Shown here piece by piece: positions 53,701-64,000 of a stretch of DNA of 64,000 bases. The notes beneath the pieces were generated by a model. That model saw only the letters and a list, made by a program, of their open reading frames with translations, ran no database searches and was not told the origin of the DNA. The stretch comes from Eledone cirrhosa (Eukaryota), in the NCBI GenBank assembly GCA_964016885.1, contig OZ024740.1, positions 134,478,001-134,542,000 on the forward strand, read 5' to 3'. A program made the translations under genes and the position numbers. The first letter of the stretch is position 1; each line of letters opens with the position of its first letter.

Positions 53701-56224
53701 AAAACTTTAATTATTTCTATCCGAGAAACATGCATTCAACAGCATGTTTAAGTGGGTTAGAAGCCTGAATATTGTGACTGTAAAAATGATTGTTGGAAAC
53801 GTGTTGACTGTATTGGGGAATTATGTAAGAAAATCGCTCAGAAGCCCAAGGATTGGTGAAATAGCTAATCAGAATATTATATGGACAATACTGTATGAGT
53901 AAAGGCTGTAAATCAGATGTAACTGAGATGATGATACGGATAAAGCAATCCTAGAGAAACCAGTGATCCAATATTTTGTTGGCTGCTTTTGGTAGGCTAT
54001 TCTTGTATTCTTTTTTTCGCATATTTCTTATTCTCTTTTCTATCGCGTTCTTTTTCTCATTCTTTCTTTCTCATACTCTCTCTCTCTCTCACACACACAA
54101 GCCATCACCAACATAGCATACCAAATACTTTATAACAAAGGATGAAATATAACATTCCGTATAGATCTATCGTATTAGAGATATGAAATCTTCAATCTTG
54201 AAACCTTCAAACATTCGCCGGAAACGCAAACCACATAAATATATTTTATGATATCAGTTTAGAATTACGTCTCCAAGGCTGAGCTCCAAATTCCGATTGT
54301 ATTACGAAGCTTGGCTTTTGAATATCACACTTGTAATATTAAGCTTGCAAATGTGTGCACTGGTGCATATGACTGCAATTGTGAATATCCATATCGGTGT
54401 TCGCTAACGGAAAAATCTGAAAATTTGATTTGTACATAGACAGTATCGGAAGGATTTAATATTTCAAGTCATGTTAGGCCAAATGAACCGACCTCGTGAC
54501 AGAGATGATAAAAGGACATCAAGAGGATGCAAAATTAGGTTCGCTGTAATGTATACCCTCCAAATGGCGTGTGCGTCATATGTAGTTGAGCCAATGTATC
54601 TTTTAAAAGCTGGCATATAAAATATTTCAGTTACGAAATAATTACACGGAATCTTTCCTGGTGAACGAAATTTGGGAAATAAAAAGAATCTTTAACTGTT
54701 TATTTTCAAAGCAATTATGTAATATTAAAGCTAATTAATTCTCTAAAGACAAACGTGTTTCATAAGTTAGAAACAAATATCTTTCTTTTGAGTCATGTAT
54801 GGAATATAAGTACATTTTATTCTTTCTTTTTTAAGCTATTTAGGCTATTTAAATGCTACATTGATTTTATATTCTCATATCCATTACTATTTTCTTCTTC
54901 AAATGACCAGATATATCTATAAATATTACGGTGACTGTAAGATAGAATGATTATTCTACACAACTATTTCATCATAGATATGTCAGTTAACAAACTTTTT
55001 ATTTCTAATTACGTTTTAACATATATTTTAGAATTAATGAAAGTATTCGTGGAATTAAATTACATGTCTTTAATTAGCTCAAGAAGTACTTTACATTAAT
55101 TATTTGTATATTCTAGAGCTCCAGTTCAAGGAACAGTAAGCATGCAGAAGATACAATTGGTCCAATAAAACAAATGTATTGGCCTGACAATGACAGTATT
55201 GTGAAGTATTTATAATTGAATTTGTGCTTCTGTATTAACAGAAAAATTATCGAAGTTAAAGATAAGCTGAAGAAATATCCTGATCATTGAATCTATGTGT
55301 AGATTCAAAAGAGGCATATGAATGGATGTGGAGTTAAGATGTTCACTTCGCAACTGTCTTGCTACCGTAGCCATGTGAGTCAAATTTGATGAACGAACAC
55401 TGCGTGAAAGCCTCTTGGAGGGACCTTTCCTGTTCTGTGTGATAGACTTAATCTCTCACCCAGTTTAACACTACCCTTTCGTGCATTTAGTGGAGGTGAA
55501 ATTCACCCAATTGAATACATTCAAACCTGGTCTCCAGTCTGAAGATAGCCTCCTCTCTTCCTCCCATCAGCCAAAGACGTCCTGATACAATCGCATAATG
55601 AAAATTGTATCAACAAATAAAATCTTTTTCTACAATAGTCTGATTGTCATGAGGTTATCAAATGATACATTTATCCATAATTGAACAGTTTCAAGTTGTT
55701 TTTGTCCAATAAAAACAAATAGTTGAACATTTATATGAGAGAAAATAAACACATGAACAGATGAGGTGTGTGGTGAGTTTTCCACGTAATTTTTTATGCC
55801 ATAGACAGAAGATAAATAGCAGTGCCTATAATTCTTTCCAAGGCCTCCGTAACTTTGGGGGGGGTTATTCTAAGACCGGAGACCTGGCCCGAATGATTAC
55901 AACAAATTAGGCACTAATAAAACACCCAATAGCCAAGTGGTGGTCTTAAACAGGGCGATGGGTTGAATTATTTCCACTTAAGTGCACCAGTGAAGGGTTT
56001 GTTTTCATATAGTGTTTTTGCACATAATACTCTGGCATGGAGTATCCTTCTCTAACTTATTCTCTCAAGAAGAGCAAAACTTAGCACTGCCAGCAAACAA
56101 ATCACTTGCCAGTTGTACAGTTCTGCCTTTGATGTGAGCCAGAGTTTCTTTCTTCTTGTACCATAAACACAAAGTCAGAAATCTGAAGGTAGGAGTTACT
56201 CGATTAAAACGACCGCACTATTTG

Positions 56225-56405
56225 AATGGATTGGCAGTATCAGTAGAGCGTATTCTTTGCAGCATAGAGTTATGGACCTTTACTTTCTTAGTTCAAATCC
56301 CGCCGAAGTTAGCTTTGCCTTTCATCTTTATGGGGTCGATAAAATAAAGTACCAGTAATGCACTGGGGTAATTGCTGGCCTTTTGCCAAAAGTAGAAACA
56401 ATTAT
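56225..56405 (+). mobile_element. S1 SINE
   Basis: Matches the S1 consensus. Confidence 0.8.
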
Positions 56406-57484
56406 TTGACTGATACTTAAATTTAAAAAAAATCAAACTGCGTAAGGATTAAAGGCAAAGTTAACCTCGATGGAACGTAAAAAAAACGTAAGAAATACTA
56501 CAAGCATTTTGTCGGATGTTCTAATGAATAATAATAATATTTTCTTTCGTAGACACAAAACCTCAAATTTGAGGGAGGCGTATTTTATATCATATCACTC
56601 CAGTATTTTCCTGGTACATTATTTTATCAATCCCTGAATAATGCAGACAAAATTGACCTCGGCAAGATTCAAACTCAGGCCGTACTTAAATACTCTAAGG
56701 CATTTTGTCTGACGCCTTAAGGATTTTACCACTATCCATTTTTTTTTCTTATTTTTACCACAAATAGGAACATTACAAAAATGATGGGGGTTTACAAATC
56801 ACTATGAAGAAAAAACGCATGAAAAGCAACATGTTCAATAAAAGAGAGACATACCACATCCCCATATGAGAGAAGTCATGTGGCGTTATTCAAAGAACCT
56901 CATATCTCATGGATTCCTTTTACTACTAAAATTTCAATCAACACCACCCCTGGCTAATCCCATCAACCACTTTGGGGACCCCGGCATCAAACGATCAAAT
57001 ACTGTGAAGTCCTACAGTTTATTTTTCATAAGGTAACACAAATCATGTGTTCCTACGTCACAGCAGAGCGCCGAACAAAGTCGCTTATGGTATTTCTTCC
57101 GGATCTTTACGAGTTCAAATCCCACCGATGTCAACTTTACCTTTCATCATTCTGGGGTCGATAAAATATTGACTTCCGCCTTCACTAAAACTGCAAATTG
57201 TCTCACTTAGGAACATTATATAAAGATAGATTTAGATATCATCATCATCATCATCATCGTTTAACGTCCATCTTTCACGCTAGCAGGGGGTAGGACGGGT
57301 TGTACCTTTGTGAGGGATCAGGTCAAGGGACCGTGATTCGCTCACTCAGAACTGATTTGGCTTGGTTTCTGCGGCAGGATGCCCTTTCTAACATCAATCA
57401 CATTTACAGTGTGTGGTGGGTGCTTTTTGTGGTGTCGCCAACACAACCACTTTACAGTGTGGACTGTAATATATATATATAGTA

Positions 57485-57632
57485 ATAATAATAAATGTGA
57501 AGACTAAAATCCAAAGAGGGCTCGATAAGGATTAATATATATCAAATATATAAGAACCCTAGAGCAAATATTTATTAAAATAACAGATTAAAGTTTAAGC
57601 AAAGAATCGCTGCTTTGACCCTTAACGGGATC

Positions 57633-57636
<4 letters not shown>
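57485..57636 (-). mobile_element. Family B element truncated inside the HHR core
   Basis: Reverse complement of 39428-39575. Begins at AGAAGA; GAAA is mutated to CAAA. Sits in (TA)n. Confidence 0.75.
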
Positions 57637-57663
<27 letters not shown>

Positions 57664-57684
57664 TTAATTCTGTATGTGTATGTG

Positions 57685-57723
<39 letters not shown>

Positions 57724-58001
57724 GAGAAAGAGAGAGAGGGGATTTAATATAGCAATTGTTTTATGGAGCGCTAAGTGACTTTAAATTTTGAAAGCATGTT
57801 AGCTTATTGTAAGCTGCTACAACACTGATTTGAGTATAGTTTATAATTTGAATCTAGCGCTTTCGTTTTTCATCGGTTTTCACTCACCAAACTTAATTGT
57901 TAGAAGGGTGAACATATCGGAAGTTTGACCACCGTTTTAACAACTATATTCAAATCTTAATAAATCTCGTGAAAGGAAAAAGCGCTAGATACAAATCGTA
58001 A

Positions 58002-58038
<37 letters not shown>

Positions 58039-58114
58039 ATATGTTATATTATATATATATATTATATATATATATATGTTATATTATATATATATTATAT
58101 TATATATATTCCTA

Positions 58115-58326
58115 ACGATCGACTTTCGTCAAATCGGACCGAGGAAACAATGTTTCCATTGGTCTTTCCAATTGCTAATACTATCTATCGCAACTCCAGG
58201 TAGAAGGAGCAACGTGAAATAAAGTGTCTTGCTCAAGGACATAACGCATCGCCCGGTCCAGGAATCGAACTCACAACCTCACGATTGCGAATCCAGTTCT
58301 CTAACCACTCAGCCACACGCCTTCAC
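58115..58326 (-). mobile_element. tRNA-derived SINE, family S3
   Basis: Close inverted copy of 59250-59467. Confidence 0.88.
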
Positions 58327-58456
<130 letters not shown>

Positions 58457-58523
58457 GTTAAGAACTCAGAGTAGTCTCTTACAATTAAATAGCTCTAAGA
58501 AAAAAGCTTTTCCGAGCCATACA

Positions 58524-59218
58524 ATATAATTGAGTAAACAAGAGAGATGAACACTAATATAATCATACATGTGTTCGAATCGCAAGGATCAAATTTGCTA
58601 GGGTGAAAAAATACTCATTACAGCAATATGGTTTGTTATACTTAACTTTAAATATTAAATTAAGAAAAATAACAGACCTATATTGGGCAAAACGCCTGGT
58701 AACAACTAGACAGTATTGGAGACTGTTTTAGCAACGACTTATTAATTGAAGTTCTCACGTTTCTCTGCTCCTCAGTAGTTGTTGAGAAATTAGTGATCCT
58801 TTCGCTTCTAAAAATATTAGAGAATGAATTGTGTGCGATATGAAATATCGCACGTGTCATTCGGAACCCAGCTTTTCTCGAAATTCCCTGTCGCTAAAAG
58901 TAGCAGCCTGGCTGTCAGGACATTAATATTTAACTCTACATGATGGAGACGATAAACGTGAGGAGCAGAGAAACGTGAGAACTTCACTTAATAAGTCGTT
59001 GCGAAACAGTCTCCAATACTGTCTAGTTGTTAGCAGGAGTTTTGCCCAATATAGGTCTGTTATTTTTCTTAATTTTTCTTAATTTAATATTTAAAGTTAA
59101 GTATAAGAAACCATATTGCTGTAGTTAGTGTTTTTTCACCCTAGCAAATTTGGTCCTTATGATTCGAACACATGTATGTTTATATTAGTGTTCATCTCTC
59201 TTGTTTATTCAATTATAT
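58524..59218. mobile_element. Head-to-head inverted element (arms ~250 bp) carrying HHR family G
   Basis: Arms 58524-58774 and 58959-59218 are reverse complements with scattered mismatches. Confidence 0.85.
58701..58783 (-). ncRNA. Type I HHR, family G (left arm; mirror copy at 58959-59031 on plus)
   Basis: AACAACTA-CTGAGGA-GCA..TGC-(taaaa here; GAAA in the right arm)-CAGT-ctccaat-ACTG-TC-TAGTTGTT. Eight-bp stem I and GUC triplet. Confidence 0.75.
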
Positions 59219-59249
59219 ATATATACATATATATTATATATATATATTA

Positions 59250-59467
59250 GTGACGGCGTGTGGCTGAGTGGTTAGAGAATTGGGTTCGCAATCGTAAGGT
59301 TGTGAGTTCGATTCCTGGACTAGGCGATGCGTTATGTCCTTGAGCAAGACACTTTATTTCACGTTGCTCCTTCTACCTGGAGTTGCGACCGATAGATAGT
59401 ATTAGCAATTGGAAAGACCAACGGAAACATTGTTCCCTCGGTCCGATTTGACGAAAGTCGATCGTCT
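59250..59467 (+). mobile_element. tRNA-derived SINE, family S3 (CORE-like central segment)
   Basis: A box TGGCTGAGTGG, B box GAGTTCGATTCC, tgtccttgagcaagacactt (resembles the CORE/MIR motif), and 3' hairpin gacc..ggaaac-att-gttccc..ggtc. Confidence 0.88.
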
Positions 59468-59469
59468 AA

Positions 59470-61652
<2,183 letters not shown>

Positions 61653-61802
61653 CTGTTAGAACACGAAAAGTGTGAAACAACAGAATGTTCACTTTTGGTG
61701 TTCTAACATATATGCGTAACTTCTTCATAAATTTTCCGGGGATAGCCGTGGTGGTGGTGATCGTATGTCATTGGCTAATTTTCAACCAATCAGAGTAAGT
61801 GT

Positions 61803-61852
<50 letters not shown>

Positions 61853-62574
61853 TATTCCCCCTCTCTCTATATATATCTTACGCTTTCGCTTTACACTCCT
61901 CCCCTTCAATAACACATTTGCCCCTCTCTATATATCTCTTATACTGTTACACTTATATTTCCATTTATTTATTACCCCCTCTCTCTATACCTCTTCCACT
62001 GTTACTTACGCCTGTTTCTCTCTATCTGTTCCGTCTCTATATATATCTCTCTTACTCTTTCGCTTTGCACTCCTCCCCTTCAATACCATCTCTCCCCCTC
62101 TCTATATATTTGTTACTCTATCGCTGCACGCTCCTCTCCTTCAATATATCAATTACACACTTACGCTTCACACTCCTTTATCCCCAGCGCCCCTATATAT
62201 ACACCACCCCCCGATTCTATATTTTAATGTTCCGTTGCACCGTGAATATATGTGTCTATATATATATACACATATATTGTATATATACATTCATGTATGT
62301 GTATACACACTCATGTATGTATATACACTGGTTTTATGTGTGTATTGTAAATTTGTACTGTTAAAACACGAAACTAACATTCGATTGACACTTTGATTAC
62401 CTGTACAGGCAATAGTTATTAGAATGCTGTTGAAGTGTGTATATATTTTGGGGGGACATCCTGTATATACACACATTATATATAATACAATAAACAGATA
62501 AATACACACATATATATATGAGCTTATTTAATTATAAATATTGTGAATTTTTAACTCAGTTCAATTATATATAT

Positions 62575-62622
62575 AAATGGCTTCTACAGGACTAGAACTG
62601 TTTCATTCGAAAGAAATCATCA
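62575..62622 (-). ncRNA. HHR family A copy truncated at the core
   Basis: TGATGA-tttc-tttc-gaat-GAAA-CAG-ttctagtc-CTG-TA-GAAGCC-attt. The stem I 5' strand and C3 are absent. Confidence 0.6.
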
Positions 62623-63244
62623 TAATATTGAGAGGGGGGACTAGATAAAATATTTCAAATCAAATGTGTATAAGTTATAAGTTAAAATGTATAAATAGAG
62701 ACGATAGTGGAGGTATATCTGTTTAGTGGAACAGTAGACGATAGAATTAAATACAGACGAGAATCTCCCTTTAATGAAACAGCAGACGATAGAATTAAGG
62801 CAATTTAAATTTTAAGCATTTGCATTTTTGCCTTTCATCGTTACGGGGTCGATAAAATAAAGTACCAGTAATACACTGTCACTATAAGTAGACGACTTTC
62901 AAATTGAATTGTTGGTTCCATTTCTTTAGTATTTTCAATTGTAGTTATCTACTTAAAAAGCGTTACACGGTTAGAGACATAATTGGTAAGTTATATCTTC
63001 CCTATTAAACCATTGCATTATTTCGCCTACAATAGAACAAAAATGAAATGTTCTTTAAAGAAACAGGAATATAACTTTATAAAAAAAAAAGTTGCATCCG
63101 CTTCTTTTATCATTGATAATTTTTTCGTTTTAATATTAATTGTTTTTTGTAGTTGTTTATATTAAAAATCTTACTGTAATATTTACTTAAACGAAGGCAG
63201 ACATCTAAACTTATTGATTAATCTTGAGCGAAGGACTAGATAAA

Positions 63245-63298
<54 letters not shown>

Positions 63299-63303
<5 letters not shown>

Positions 63304-63515
63304 GAAGAATGATAACATTTCAAGCAAAGAGTTTAATTAGGTAATGACTTACAAATTTGTTTCAGTATATATTTAATATAATATTAATATATTTTGTAAT
63401 ATTATTAACTAATTATTATAATTAGCGCTTCAGGCTTTGTCTATATACTGAAACAAATTTGTAAGTCATTACCTAATTAAACTCTTTGCTTGAAATTGTA
63501 TCACTCTTCGTTTTG
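63299..63515. repeat. Head-to-head inverted repeat with HHR 3' halves
   Basis: Arms ~63299-63371 and ~63442-63514. Each reads tatact-GAAA-CAAATTTG-TA-agtca (palindromic ACAAATTTGT). The CUGANGA half is absent. Confidence 0.75.
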
Positions 63516-63689
63516 AATTTCTCCTAAGTATTCAATACTCTGTTGAGAAATACATTTTACATAAACAGTCTTTGTACCATTTATACGGTATTAATTACTT
63601 ATATCTATATATATATATATATAGCGTATGATTAGAACTGTGTTTATTATTAATATTTTAATGGATTTAATGAAAAATTTTAGGTGTTC

Positions 63690-63762
63690 ATATATATATT
63701 CTAAAAATGCGCGAAATCGTGAATCCGCGATAGTTGAACCGCCAAGTAGCGAGGTATCACTG
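63690..63762. mobile_element. Tigger/pogo-like terminal fragment
   Basis: ccgcgatagttgaaccgccaagtagcgaggtatcaCTG followed by TA. Confidence 0.5.
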
Positions 63763-64000
63763 TATATATGTTTATATATATAGTGTAGCTGTGATGTATC
63801 TCGCGAGTGAATCGAGACCTGTCACTGATTTTGGTGTCCCCACTGCCGATGTGAATGAGCAACGCTGCACTTGTGAATTGGGTCTTGATGTTGCAGGCAG
63901 TTCATATACTTACAATGATGCGGTCCCACAAGCTTGTTCACATTCCTGTGCTAATAATCTAGATGGGCGTATTAAATTGGATGTGAAAGCAGCTTACCGG

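Noticed and set aside
59250-59325. tRNA gene
   Set aside because: A and B boxes are present, but there is no acceptor stem and the sequence continues into a multi-copy SINE body.

Overview
This is AT-rich, microsatellite-dense animal genomic DNA. The SINE families resemble those of octopod cephalopods (inference only). I found no convincing host protein-coding gene, and nearly all long 'ORFs' in the track are translations of (TA)n, (TG)n or (CA)n. The window is mostly mobile-element remains: a near full-length but disrupted L1/Tx1-clade LINE in an (AAT)n tract plus two older copies; a Penelope-like element (RT + GIY-YIG) with ~500-bp inverted pseudo-LTRs; an RTE LINE with an 11-bp TSD and a twin-priming-type 5' inversion; an R4-like and three CRE-like RLE-LINE relics; a mariner relic; hAT, Tigger and Helitron non-autonomous elements; and many tRNA-derived SINEs. 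The main signal not shown by the ORF track is more than a dozen type I hammerhead ribozyme (HHR) motifs from about 8 sequence-distinct short repeat families. Most sit in (TA)n tracts, and several form head-to-head palindromes. Several have a U-U pair at the base of stem II, and many copies are truncated at the 5' edge of the CUGANGA core. All structures were folded by eye; none was tested computationally or experimentally.
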